Below the pieces are notes generated by a model. It had not been told where the DNA came from. It did not search any database and saw nothing but the letters and a program-made list of their open reading frames with translations. Positions 39,436 through 48,411 of a stretch of DNA of 64,000 nt are shown here, in pieces. Positions within the stretch are counted from its first letter, which is position 1, and each line of letters begins with the position of its first letter. This DNA comes from Candidatus Yanofskybacteria bacterium (GTDB lineage: Bacteria > Patescibacteriota > Minisyncoccia > 2-02-FULL-40-12 > IGHO2-01-FULL-4-A), in contig JACOZV010000004.1 in assembly GCA_016181175.1 (NCBI GenBank), positions 7,718 to 71,717 on the forward strand, read 5' to 3'. The position numbers and the translations under genes are program-made.

Positions 39436-40398
39436 TTAATTCTCAAACAATATCGGTATTTCTATGGCATCATCATATTCAGGAAGACCCGAAGGATTGT
39501 CTTTTCTTAAAATAAGTGCTCCCCTTCTGCTGAAGTCACCGATATATTCCGGCTTTTTAAATTCAATCACTCCTTCAAACGGAACAAAGTCCTCGGTCAT
39601 CCAATCTTTTTTCGCCATTGCATACCCTTCGGAGATAATTCTTCCGTCCCAATCCGTCAGCACAATTGGAAAACTTGCTTCAAAAAACCAAATACCCCTA
39701 GCCTGGCCCTTCACGGTCAAGGGACTTGAAACAGTATCATTAGCTTTGACATTTTCAACCTTGATTAAGTCTTCCTTGGGACAAAGCGCAAACTCGCAAT
39801 TTGGTCCAGTCCTACCAACATACGATCCATCTGAACAAAGTTTAGCATCCTGCGTACAGAAAACAGTGTCGGGTGTTTTATTGGCTTGCCAAATGGAAAA
39901 ATTAAGATAGGCCGCAAAACTCACCCAGAGAATATATGGCACTAGCAAATATGCCGCGGAATGGAAAATTTTGTAAAACACAACGATTGTCCAGACAATC
40001 GCAAACCAGAGCGCTACGATATCAACAAATGCCCAACCGAGATTATTTATGGTGAGCCATGTCGAACCATGCAATCCGAAAAAAATAATTGACCAGATAG
40101 CATTCAAGAATAACTGGATAAAAAACACCGCGATGGCCATTTTCCACATCCACAACATTCTAACATTCTGCAGAATGTTAGAATGTTGTTTCCAAACAAG
40201 GAAAAGCGCGATACCCATTAGTGCGTAAAGTGTTGTCCACGCCGGCCCAAATACCCATGCCGGTGGGTTAAGTGCCGGCTTTGTGAGTGTCTCATACCAG
40301 GTTGGAATTGCCGAGATCGTAAACACGGAACCAAGAATACCAGCAAGTTCGGATACGCCGACTGCAATGAATAACTTAGTAAGATTATTTAAACGCAT
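39436..40398 (-). CDS. TspO/MBR (tryptophan-rich sensory protein) domain fused to a C-terminal Gmad2 Ig-like domain
   Basis: PTWYETLTKPALNPPAWVFGPAWTTLYALMG is TspO. The C-terminus GIWFFEASFPIVLTDWDGRII is Gmad2-like. I take the start at Met 40398. Confidence 0.6.
   Translation of the reverse strand: MRLNNLTKLFIAVGVSELAGILGSVFTISAIPTWYETLTKPALNPPAWVFGPAWTTLYALMGIALFLVWKQHSNILQNVRMLWMWKMAIAVFFIQLFLNAIWSIIFFGLHGSTWLTINNLGWAFVDIVALWFAIVWTIVVFYKIFHSAAYLLVPYILWVSFAAYLNFSIWQANKTPDTVFCTQDAKLCSDGSYVGRTGPNCEFALCPKEDLIKVENVKANDTVSSPLTVKGQARGIWFFEASFPIVLTDWDGRIISEGYAMAKKDWMTEDFVPFEGVIEFKKPEYIGDFSRRGALILRKDNPSGLPEYDDAIEIPILFEN
40152..40189. repeat. perfect 38-bp palindrome (19+19, centre ctgcag) inside the TspO gene
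   Basis: acaacattctaacattctg | cagaatgttagaatgttgt. Confidence 0.9.
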
Positions 40399-40441
40399 AA
40401 TTAAATTATATCTTAAATCATTTATACGAACAAAAAAACAA

Positions 40442-40466
40442 AACGACACGAAAGTGTCGTTTTGTC
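40442..40466 (-). terminator. terminator aacgacac-gaaa-gtgtcgtt + T-rich
   Basis: Downstream of the 66-aa gene on the minus strand. Confidence 0.6.
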
Positions 40467-40598
40467 CTGTCTGGCTCCGAACTGTTGACTGCGTTCGAAC
40501 ATGGATTAGGGCAAACTATCGGACGTATTATGTGCCTAAATTAGAGAAGCCGAAATAAAAAATGACCGTTCTCGGCCAGCGAGCCCATCGTGGACAAC

Positions 40599-40799
40599 CT
40601 ACTTGTTGATGTCTCTGTGTATCTCTTCTTGAACCTCAGATAGACGGGCTTTGTAAAGCGGAGCAATTTCTCCGAGTTCTTGGCAATATCCTGGCTCCTG
40701 GAGTTCCATGAGCATATTGCTCACAGCTACTCGAATTGCCATCGATTGAGCCTCATTTAACTTGGTACTACCAATCATGATTGTCGCTTCTTTTGACAT
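40599..40799 (-). CDS. small hypothetical protein (66 aa, helical, charged)
   Basis: Good RBS (gggaggtaacgc-ATG). A 9-bp palindromic operator-like site lies about 20 nt upstream. Confidence 0.45.
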   Translation of the reverse strand: MSKEATIMIGSTKLNEAQSMAIRVAVSNMLMELQEPGYCQELGEIAPLYKARLSEVQEEIHRDINK

Positions 40800-40820
40800 G
40801 CGTTACCTCCCATTAAAAAA

Positions 40821-40842
40821 ATATACCACTTTTGTGGTATAT
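40821..40842. promoter_or_regulatory. palindrome ATATACCAC-TTTT-GTGGTATAT upstream of the 66-aa gene (candidate operator)
   Basis: Perfect 9-bp inverted repeat read directly. Confidence 0.4.
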
Positions 40843-41039
40843 TGTCAAACAATGCTCGCTTGGGTGGATAGTTTCAGGAACTATAATTGGCGCAAGGCTC
40901 TACCGTGTCCGGATGTAACAATTAAGCATTCAAAATACTTGTTGTCTTTGATTTGACTTGTACTGAGCTTGTCGAAGTAATCCTCTCCCGACATTTCGGG
41001 TAAGGTTCAGAAAAGTGAAAAGTAAACCGTCAACCATAA

Positions 41040-41423
41040 TTAGTTTTGCATTTTTGGTTTTCTGAAAAGCGATTTGTTATAGATGACAGCAGTAATAATT
41101 AATCCAACGCCCGTTCCCCAAATCTGCCATATTCCCCAAGTACTGGCAAATACATAGCGACCGACATAAAGAAGAATTGCCCCAATCACAAGCAGTATAA
41201 ATGGTTTTTGATTTTTATGCGCTCGGTAGTCCAAAATAAAGCCAACTGCACCAAGAGTAATGAAACCAAAAGCAATCCATCGCCAAACTGGTATTAAGGC
41301 ACCTAATCCTAAATAAGTTAAAAGCGAAGCCGAACCAATCCAGCAGAGCGGACAGACACCTATTGCTCCAGCACCTAGAATAGGGGCTAGTCTCGTCACT
41401 ATCTTTTTAAAAAATTCCCTCAC
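41040..41423 (-). CDS. hypothetical membrane protein with CPLC motif in its first TM helix
   Basis: GAGAIGVCPLCWIGSASLL; four TM helices. Confidence 0.45.
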   Translation of the reverse strand: MREFFKKIVTRLAPILGAGAIGVCPLCWIGSASLLTYLGLGALIPVWRWIAFGFITLGAVGFILDYRAHKNQKPFILLVIGAILLYVGRYVFASTWGIWQIWGTGVGLIITAVIYNKSLFRKPKMQN

Positions 41424-41426
41424 GAA

Positions 41427-41604
41427 CTTATTTTATATCATTATTCTTATTTTCCTCTGCTTGAGCGGTAATCTCTAAATTACAACTATGATGCTCCTTA
41501 CACCATGCTTCGCATTTTTCAGCTTGTTCTTTTTCAACGTAGTGAAAACCGCATTCTTCACATTGATATAATTGCTTGACTTCTTGTATCGAAACTTTAA
41601 CCAT
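41427..41604 (-). CDS. unlisted small Cys-rich zinc-ribbon protein (58 aa)
   Basis: MVKVSIQEVKQLYQCEECGFHYVEKEQAEKCEAWCKEHHSCNLEI..., preceded by the RBS ggaggcattataaat-ATG. It lies between trxB and the CPLC membrane protein. Confidence 0.45.
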
Positions 41605-41606
41605 AT

Positions 41607-42584
41607 TTATAATGCCTCCGCTGCGGGGCTTTGTTTCTGGCGCTGAAGCAGATAGTTGTAGGCTGCCAAAGCTGCCTTAACCGCATCGCCAGCAGAGATG
41701 TTATTTTGCTTATAGGGGTCATTCGTTATATCACCGGCTGCAAATATACCGGGATGGGAAGTAGAAGCATGGCGCGGGTTAATGACTACTTGCCCCCATT
41801 GATCAAGTTCTACCAAACCCTTTACTATTTCCGAGTTTGGTACCGAACCTATTTCTACAAAGACACCATCCAGAGACATTGTCCCCTCTTCTTTTGTTTG
41901 TTTGTCCCTGTATTTTAGACCAGAGACAAATTTATCACCTGTTATTTCAAGAGTCTCGGCGTTTAATATCAAACCCTTGAATTTATTGCTTTTTTTAATC
42001 TCTTCTAGCGTGGTGGCATCGCCCTTGATTTTGTCAGAGTTATTGAAGAGGTAAACCTCGGAGGCATAGGGTATCAAGTCCTGAACCGCTTCCAGTCCGG
42101 CATTGCCACCGCCAACTACCGCTACTTTTTTACCTGGGAAAAGTGGAGCATCGCAGGTTGAGCAATAAGCGACGCCCTTGCTGCTAAACTGTTCTTCTCC
42201 TGGTATTCCTAGCTTTCGACGCCTTGCACCGGCAGCGAGAATCAACGCCTTGCCTTGATATTTATTTGATTGATCGGTCTCAACTTCAAAATCGCAAGTC
42301 CTTCCCGGATCGGTGCATGCTATCGCGCTTACTTTAACTACTTTCTCTGGAGATTTTATTTCAACCATTTCTGGGTATGAGCGTATATGGGTTTCCAGTT
42401 TTTGAGCCAAGTCGAATCCTGAAATATGGGGGTCGCCAATCCAGTTTTGAATATCATCGGAAACGATTGATTGCCCGCCGAATGAATCGGCAATAAAAAG
42501 GGTTTTTAGTTTTTTCCTGGCCGCATAAACCCCGGCCGCTACTCCAGCCGGCCCGCCGCCGATAATAATTAGGTCGTAAGCCAT
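41607..42584 (-). CDS. trxB: thioredoxin-disulfide reductase
   Basis: MAYDLIIIGGGPAGVAAGVYAARK (FAD binding). The redox-active site is CSTC. An NADPH-binding GGGNAG motif is present. Confidence 0.85.
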   Translation of the reverse strand: MAYDLIIIGGGPAGVAAGVYAARKKLKTLFIADSFGGQSIVSDDIQNWIGDPHISGFDLAQKLETHIRSYPEMVEIKSPEKVVKVSAIACTDPGRTCDFEVETDQSNKYQGKALILAAGARRRKLGIPGEEQFSSKGVAYCSTCDAPLFPGKKVAVVGGGNAGLEAVQDLIPYASEVYLFNNSDKIKGDATTLEEIKKSNKFKGLILNAETLEITGDKFVSGLKYRDKQTKEEGTMSLDGVFVEIGSVPNSEIVKGLVELDQWGQVVINPRHASTSHPGIFAAGDITNDPYKQNNISAGDAVKAALAAYNYLLQRQKQSPAAEAL

Positions 42585-42638
42585 AGTATGTGTGACAATG
42601 AATCTCCACGCAACAAATTACGCGAAGATTCATCATTT

Positions 42639-42881
42639 TTAGGCAGTCTTAACCTTCTCCCATAGTTCAAGATCTTGGAAAAATCTATCGTCTTCGTATT
42701 TTTTGTTTGCCATGCAAGAAAAACAGCTAGTAAACATCGCGCCTTTTTCAAAATATTGTTTCCTTCCGCAAGGCACGCATATATATTCTCCCGCTTCTTT
42801 TACCAAACTACCGACCGCGAATACCGTCTCGGCAGACTCCTGTTTTTCTCCGGTTTTATTAAAGGTTTTATTAGTAAACAT
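42639..42881 (-). CDS. small Cys-rich protein (CxxC...CxxC, zinc-ribbon-like)
   Basis: ICVPCGRK...TSCFSCMANK. Confidence 0.45.
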   Translation of the reverse strand: MFTNKTFNKTGEKQESAETVFAVGSLVKEAGEYICVPCGRKQYFEKGAMFTSCFSCMANKKYEDDRFFQDLELWEKVKTA

Positions 42882-42909
42882 GGTTTTTTATTATTTTAAG
42901 ACGCTCAAC

Positions 42910-43617
42910 CTACAGACCGCCGTTTGTTAATATTTGATCTATTAAACCGGCGAAAACTTGATATGGCTGGGCGCCAACAAGTTGACGGCCATTGAGAAAA
43001 AAGTTGGGCGTGCCGCGAGCGCCGAATCGAGCCGCATCTTGACTGTCTTTGGCTATTTCTTGCTGATATTTGCCTGATTCATAACAAGAACTGAATTGTT
43101 CCGTGTCAAGCCCCAGATCAGAAGCAAATTTTATAAGATTATTTTTTTTAAAAACTCCAACATTGTAACCGCGGCGTTCGGAATAAAGCCGATCGTGATA
43201 ATCCCAATACTTCTCTTGTTCTCCGGCGCATTCTGCCGCCTCAGCGGCATTTTGGGACTCGCGACCGTTGATAACAAGGTCACGAAACACAATCTTTAGT
43301 TTTCCCGTTTTAACATATTTATCAATTAGAATTGATTCGGTCTCGTTAAAAAACTTGGTGCAAAAAGTACATTGATAATCGGCGAACTCTACCAATGTTA
43401 TAGGGGCATCGGGATTGCCAAGCACGGCGTCATTATCTTCAAGAGATGTTGGGCCCGGAACGATTTGCGCGGCCTGCTGCGGGCGTGGCGCGCTGTTGCC
43501 CAGATGATTTCCCGTGGGTTGATTGGTGGCCTTTCCGCCAACTAAAATCAGTATCACTGACAGACCGATAGCGCCTGCTATCATGCTTATCGAAGTTATT
43601 AAAGATTTATTTTTCAT
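42910..43617 (-). CDS. DsbA-like thioredoxin-fold protein (CxxC = CTFC) with signal/TM anchor
   Basis: FADYQCTFCTKFF; N-terminal TM helix. Confidence 0.7.
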   Translation of the reverse strand: MKNKSLITSISMIAGAIGLSVILILVGGKATNQPTGNHLGNSAPRPQQAAQIVPGPTSLEDNDAVLGNPDAPITLVEFADYQCTFCTKFFNETESILIDKYVKTGKLKIVFRDLVINGRESQNAAEAAECAGEQEKYWDYHDRLYSERRGYNVGVFKKNNLIKFASDLGLDTEQFSSCYESGKYQQEIAKDSQDAARFGARGTPNFFLNGRQLVGAQPYQVFAGLIDQILTNGGL

Positions 43618-43620
43618 AAT

Positions 43621-44388
43621 TTATAAAAATCTATTTATATATTCTTCATAAAACTGGTATTGCAGCAACCAACCGCGGAATTGGTTAAAAACCGGCGTGA
43701 ACTGGTTACTGATAAGGAGAGCGCCGAGCGCGATAAGAAAAATACCAGCGACAACATTGATGACCTTGAGCATTCGGCCCCACTTGGCAAAAACCGTAAA
43801 CGCTTTGCCGATAAGAAGCGCAGTAATCAAAAAAGGTATGGCTAGCCCTAAAGAAAACATCATCAAAAGAAATGTGCCCTGCGCCACCGTACCGGATCCG
43901 GATGCCAGGAAAAGAATAGAACCCAAGAGCGGCCCGACACAGGGCGACCAACCGAGAGCGAAAAGCACGCCGATACCGAATGAGTTTGTCTTATTAGATG
44001 AAGTAAAAAGCTTGGGCAATCGAATCTGTTTCTCTGCGCTCAACCATGGCAGTTTTAATAATCCCGACAAAAATAGTCCGAACAGTATTATCAAGATACC
44101 GCCGATTCTTTGAAGCCATAACCGGATAACAAAAATTTTACCCAGGAATGAGAAAGCCACGCCGAATAATATAAATACCAGTGAAAATCCAAGCACATAG
44201 AAAACAGCGTTGCTGAATATTTTCCAACGTAACCGTTTTAGCTTCTCGGGATCGTTCAGCTCTTCCGGCCCGACGCCGGCAATCACACCCAAAAACGCCG
44301 GCACAAGCGGTAGAGTGCAGGGCGCGAAAAAAGTAAATACGCCGGCAACAAATGAAGAAAGTATTAATGCGATACCAAATTCTATCAT
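43621..44388 (-). CDS. ccdA: cytochrome c biogenesis / disulfide transfer membrane protein CcdA (DsbD core)
   Basis: FFAPCTLPLVPAFLG and GWSPCVGPLLGSIL, the two conserved Cys-bearing TM segments. Confidence 0.75.
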   Translation of the reverse strand: MIEFGIALILSSFVAGVFTFFAPCTLPLVPAFLGVIAGVGPEELNDPEKLKRLRWKIFSNAVFYVLGFSLVFILFGVAFSFLGKIFVIRLWLQRIGGILIILFGLFLSGLLKLPWLSAEKQIRLPKLFTSSNKTNSFGIGVLFALGWSPCVGPLLGSILFLASGSGTVAQGTFLLMMFSLGLAIPFLITALLIGKAFTVFAKWGRMLKVINVVAGIFLIALGALLISNQFTPVFNQFRGWLLQYQFYEEYINRFL

Positions 44389-44420
44389 CGTTTATTTGAT
44401 TATTTTATTTATTTTTTGGA

Positions 44421-44930
44421 TTAACTCTGCCTGTGGGGCATCGCAAAGCCTCCGTAACGTCCATAGATAGAGTCGGATTTATCGTTAAGAAAAACAAGGG
44501 CATCGGCTAGACTAAGCTGGTCCGTGAATTTTTGGCCGGTTTTCTGATCTTCGCCTCGGTTAATCGCCAAAGTAACATACTGGCCACCGGATTGTTTTTG
44601 AACACGGGCCATAAGCGGAAGCTCTTCAACGCAAAACGGACACCATGACGCCCAGAAATTTACGAACACCGGTTTCTGTCCGCGAAAATCAGACAACCTT
44701 ACGGTCTTGCCGTTATAATCTGTTAATTCAAAATCGGGCGCGAGATTGCCGATCTTTGTCCCCGTTGTTAGCTCGCCTTGCGGTTCTTCCGTGGTTGAGG
44801 GCGTTGAAACTGATGTTTCTTTTTTGCCATCGCGCAAAACTAATGCCAAAACCGCCGCAATAATTATGACTATAATTGGAATAATTTTTTTCATATTTCG
44901 TGCATTATTTGCAACCGCAAGCGGGGGCAC
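44421..44930 (-). CDS. TlpA/ResA-like thiol-disulfide oxidoreductase
   Basis: VFVNFWASWCPFCVEELP; N-terminal anchor. Confidence 0.75.
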   Translation of the reverse strand: MPPLAVANNARNMKKIIPIIVIIIAAVLALVLRDGKKETSVSTPSTTEEPQGELTTGTKIGNLAPDFELTDYNGKTVRLSDFRGQKPVFVNFWASWCPFCVEELPLMARVQKQSGGQYVTLAINRGEDQKTGQKFTDQLSLADALVFLNDKSDSIYGRYGGFAMPHRQS

Positions 44931-44941
44931 CGTCTTCCTTA

Positions 44942-45178
44942 TTATTTTATCCCAAGTAATTGCGAAAGCCGCGGCTTATCAAAGCCGACAACAATCGTGC
45001 CGTCAATATCAATAACCGGCACTGACATTGCTCCTGATTTTTCCATTGCTTCCTCCGCTGCGGCGTGATCTGACGCCACATCTTTTTCCTCGTAGACGAC
45101 ATTATGCTCTTTGAAAAAAGCTTTGGTCATCTTGCAATATGCGCAGGTGGGTGTTGTATATATTGTTACTTTAACCAT
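44942..45178 (-). CDS. glutaredoxin / NrdH-like redoxin
   Basis: VTIYTTPTCAYCKMTKAFF...SVPVIDIDGTIVVGFD. Confidence 0.75.
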   Translation of the reverse strand: MVKVTIYTTPTCAYCKMTKAFFKEHNVVYEEKDVASDHAAAEEAMEKSGAMSVPVIDIDGTIVVGFDKPRLSQLLGIK

Positions 45179-45194
45179 AGTTTTGTTATTTTAA

Positions 45195-45581
45195 TTACTG
45201 AATTAACCTATAGTATCCGCCGCCAGTAAAGAATATCGCCAGGTTAGATGCCAACAATATAAAATCAAACTCCCAACCGGTTTTATCCATCGCGGAAAAC
45301 CTCGTTTTCCATTTTGTCATCTTGAAATATATTGCCCCGACCATGACAATAGACAGCAAGATGGATGCTAACTGTATATAAATTCCTAAGAGCAGACCTA
45401 TACCAGAAAGGGCTTCAATCATACCAAGCATGAATACCTCACCTCCGGACATGCCCATCATCTGACCCATCATGCCGGCTTTCATCAGTTTTGGCAGGCC
45501 ATGGTAAAGAAAGATGATTGCTACCGCCAATCTCAATATCAGTAAACCGAGATTGGCATTCAAAAAAACTGATGGATCCAT
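45195..45581 (-). CDS. DoxX family membrane protein
   Basis: LGLLILRLAVAIIFLYHGLPKL. Confidence 0.55.
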   Translation of the reverse strand: MDPSVFLNANLGLLILRLAVAIIFLYHGLPKLMKAGMMGQMMGMSGGEVFMLGMIEALSGIGLLLGIYIQLASILLSIVMVGAIYFKMTKWKTRFSAMDKTGWEFDFILLASNLAIFFTGGGYYRLIQ

Positions 45582-45685
45582 TCTGTTTAGATAAACTAAG
45601 CTGATGTTTCTCTGTTTTGATTTTCAACTCAGAAAAAGCATCATTCTTAATTATTAATGGGTTGAACTCAGCTCGATGGGCCAAA

Positions 45686-46333
45686 TTATTTATATAATTC
45701 CGTCTCCGGATGAACTGCTAACCAACTGAACCAGAATCCTCCAATATATGGAAGCGGTTTTTTGTTTGCGCCGATAAACATTCTCACTTCTCCTTCCGTT
45801 TTTTTCTGGATTAGAATCTGCTTTCCGCTGAACGTATCTTTTGTCTCTCCGGCTTTCAGAGCTTCCGAATGATATGCTTTGTACTTTCCATCAATCTGAA
45901 TTCCCAAAACAAATTCTTTGGGGTGCAGACGGGTATCGCTAAAGGATGCACCGAAGGAAACATCGTTGGAGGTGTAATAATCGCCATAAGGATCGTAGCC
46001 GTAACTTCTGATGGTTCCCGTGTCTTTAGAAAGAACGGTTGTGCCGGGATGCAGTTTTTTCCAGTCGCTGTATCTGACTACATCGGATGGGATAACTTTC
46101 AATTTCGTTCCTGTAAACTCACCGACAATCGCTTCGCCGAGCACCTGTGACCATAGAGATTCCTTTTGGGGGTCACCGGTTCGGTTATACATAACAAGGT
46201 TGGACTTCCAGAGCTTCCCGGAAGTGCCAAATTCCACTGTCGTACCGTCTAATTTTCTTTCAAAAACAATACCAGTCAGACAAAGGGGGCAATACGTGAC
46301 CAATACTGGTTGATTGCCAACGGTGTCATTCAC
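45686..46333 (-). CDS. DUF3179 family protein, C-terminal part (GTG-called start is an artefact)
   Basis: NDTVGNQPVLVTYCPLCLTGIVFERKLDGTTVEFGTSGKLWKSNLVMYNRTGDPQKESLWSQ is the DUF3179 core. This frame continues upstream as FYPYQILVWHEIVND, to about 46384. Confidence 0.6.
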   Translation of the reverse strand: MNDTVGNQPVLVTYCPLCLTGIVFERKLDGTTVEFGTSGKLWKSNLVMYNRTGDPQKESLWSQVLGEAIVGEFTGTKLKVIPSDVVRYSDWKKLHPGTTVLSKDTGTIRSYGYDPYGDYYTSNDVSFGASFSDTRLHPKEFVLGIQIDGKYKAYHSEALKAGETKDTFSGKQILIQKKTEGEVRMFIGANKKPLPYIGGFWFSWLAVHPETELYK

Positions 46334-46347
46334 AATCTCATGCCAAA

Positions 46348-46656
46348 CTAGTATTTGATAAGGATAAAATCGGAATCCGCTTCTTTAGTGGATAGAAATT
46401 TCGGGTCATCAATTGAGGGTATGCCGTCTTTAGGCGGACCGCCGGATAGAATTTCATTTAATGGTACGGAATGTTTTACCCCGTCGGTTATTAAAATTTT
46501 TCTGTCTGATATTGGCATGTTGAAATCAGAATTGGCCGGCGCTGTTTCTAAAACTTTGGTCTCTCCTTTGGGCAGTTTAAACTGGCGCGATTGGTTATAA
46601 AAATAAAACCCGCCAACTCCAAGCAATAACACAATAATTATAACCCATTTTATCAT
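46348..46656 (-). CDS. DUF3179 family protein, N-terminal part (TM anchor + GGPPKDGIPSIDDPKF)
   Basis: Matches the DUF3179 N-terminus. It is separated from the core by a 1-nt frame change in an A4/T4 run at about 46366-46371. Confidence 0.55.
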   Translation of the reverse strand: MIKWVIIIVLLLGVGGFYFYNQSRQFKLPKGETKVLETAPANSDFNMPISDRKILITDGVKHSVPLNEILSGGPPKDGIPSIDDPKFLSTKEADSDFILIKY

Positions 46657-47003
46657 TTAACTGTTTTTATAAGTTTAATTAGCTGGTTAGTTAGTTTGTT
46701 ATCTCTATTAAGGCAATAGCATATCTCCTGACCATAACGGCACCTAGAAACAACACCCAAAAGCTCTAACTTTTTCAACTGGTGAGAGATGGCGGATAAA
46801 GATGAGTTCGTCATTTCAGATATCCTGCCTACGCAAGGCTCTTTCTCTGCTATTAAAACCTTAAAAATACTGATCCTGGTAGGGTCGGACAAGAGGCTAA
46901 AAACTTCCGCTGGTTCTAATTGTTTGTATTGGTCATTCATGGATTCGATTAACTCACCATGGGTTGATTCTATAAGCTTATCACAACTTGAAGAATTGAG
47001 CAA
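46653..47003 (-). CDS. ArsR/SmtB family transcriptional regulator
   Basis: LSDPTRISIFKVLIAEKEPCVGRISEMTNSSLSAISHQLKKLELLGVV is a winged HTH with the metal-site Cys. Confidence 0.7.
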   Translation of the reverse strand: MLNSSSCDKLIESTHGELIESMNDQYKQLEPAEVFSLLSDPTRISIFKVLIAEKEPCVGRISEMTNSSLSAISHQLKKLELLGVVSRCRYGQEICYCLNRDNKLTNQLIKLIKTVK

Positions 47004-47121
47004 CTATTCAAGTATACTACCTGAAAAATATGCCGTCAACTGTGGACAACTTGAACATCAAAAAACTGCCCCTGGGCAGCTTAAATTAAAATCATCGTTT
47101 ATCTATCGCCGAGCGTTTCTT

Positions 47122-47280
47122 TCATTTTGGTGTTACTTCCGTTCCGCCTCTGGTACCGACCCCGGCAAAATGCTTTTTTTCAAAATCATTGAGTTCGTCT
47201 TTATGATTTTTAGCCAACATAGCGTAATTCATCAAATTACGGGCCATCACATCAACCATTGCTTTGGTGGCTTTGCTCAT
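47122..47280 (-). CDS. small hypothetical protein (about 52 aa)
   Basis: The internal Met MSKATKAMVDVMARNL... starts right after the stop of the upstream gene. The longer ORF call (to 47364) overlaps the flavodoxin gene. Confidence 0.3.
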   Translation of the reverse strand: MSKATKAMVDVMARNLMNYAMLAKNHKDELNDFEKKHFAGVGTRGGTEVTPK

Positions 47281-47780
47281 TCTCCTTTTTTCAGCATCTT
47301 GGTCCATGCTTCCGCCACACTCTCGGGCGGTATGACAAATCCGAGCCACTGCAAAAAATTGCATAAATTGCCAACAATATGTTGGACCCCGTCTTCGTGA
47401 CCGGTAATAATCAAACCGGCAATTTTATGATAGAAATCAGATTTTCCGGTCATAATATATGACTCGTCAAAATGAGTCATCCTTTCCATAACCCGTTGAA
47501 TCAAACTTGATTGCCCGCCCCACCAAATAGGGGTAGCGAAAATAACAATATCAGCTTTCCGCAAGGCATCGGCAATCTTGGGCCAGTCGTCGTCATCAGA
47601 CATCTTTTCCCCCAGGCCAACCGGGATATTCATATTGGCTAAACGAAATTTCTCCATTTCTGTTCCATATTCATTAAAATGCTTCAAAAGATTATCAACA
47701 AGCTCGTCTGTATTAGATGGCCCATCGCCAACCTTAAGAGTTCCCAATAAAACCACTATTTTTATTTTTTCTTCAAACAT
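47277..47780 (-). CDS. flavodoxin-like NAD(P)H-dependent FMN reductase family protein
   Basis: KIVVLLGT...ADIVIFATPIWWGGQSSLIQRVMER. Confidence 0.6.
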   Translation of the reverse strand: MFEEKIKIVVLLGTLKVGDGPSNTDELVDNLLKHFNEYGTEMEKFRLANMNIPVGLGEKMSDDDDWPKIADALRKADIVIFATPIWWGGQSSLIQRVMERMTHFDESYIMTGKSDFYHKIAGLIITGHEDGVQHIVGNLCNFLQWLGFVIPPESVAEAWTKMLKKGE

Positions 47781-47783
47781 AAT

Positions 47784-48071
47784 TTATTCAATATTTGTCT
47801 TTATTCCACAAATCTTGCAGAACTTATGCCAAAAATTAGGATGATCGACAATCAGCTCTTCCAATATAGCAAACGGAATGACAATAACAATAGCGCCCAA
47901 CATAATACGGGGGGTTATTATTTGATCAGTTAAGAAGTATAAAGACAACAAGTTGTCGGCTAGGTTGGATATTAAACCGAAAATTACAAACTCCAAAATT
48001 CTGAATATGGTTTTAGGTTTCATGTATTCATTATATCCGCCATTTAAAAATAAGGTAAGAGAGTAGGCCAA
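47784..48071 (-). CDS. hypothetical membrane protein
   Basis: Three TM helices. Confidence 0.4.
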   Translation of the reverse strand: MAYSLTLFLNGGYNEYMKPKTIFRILEFVIFGLISNLADNLLSLYFLTDQIITPRIMLGAIVIVIPFAILEELIVDHPNFWHKFCKICGIKTNIE

Positions 48072-48411
48072 GTTGTAAAGTTGGAGTTAGCCCCGTATCT
48101 AATAAGGGTATGATCGGCATTAATGAAGTATATGCCCATCGACCGCTACTGATAGCAAAACGTTCTAGTACAACCGCAACAACAACACCGAATATTAACG
48201 CATACCATTTTCTTTCTCTAAAATATGAAATTCTTATAAATAATACAGCTAAAAGTGTTATAAAAAAAGCATCAAAAAGCGTAGCTCGCAATAAAATGAG
48301 TTGAGTTATCTCTCCTGCCTTATAATGGATATACAGATACGAATACAGATTTTCCCAAACTAAATTCAACAAGAAACTAATTATAAAAATTAGAGATAAT
48401 TTCTTAAACAT
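48031..48411 (-). CDS. hypothetical membrane protein
   Basis: Four TM helices. The likely start is MFKKLSLIF (48411); the ORF is called to 48456. Confidence 0.4.
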   Translation of the reverse strand: MFKKLSLIFIISFLLNLVWENLYSYLYIHYKAGEITQLILLRATLFDAFFITLLAVLFIRISYFRERKWYALIFGVVVAVVLERFAISSGRWAYTSLMPIIPLLDTGLTPTLQLGLLSYLIFKWRI

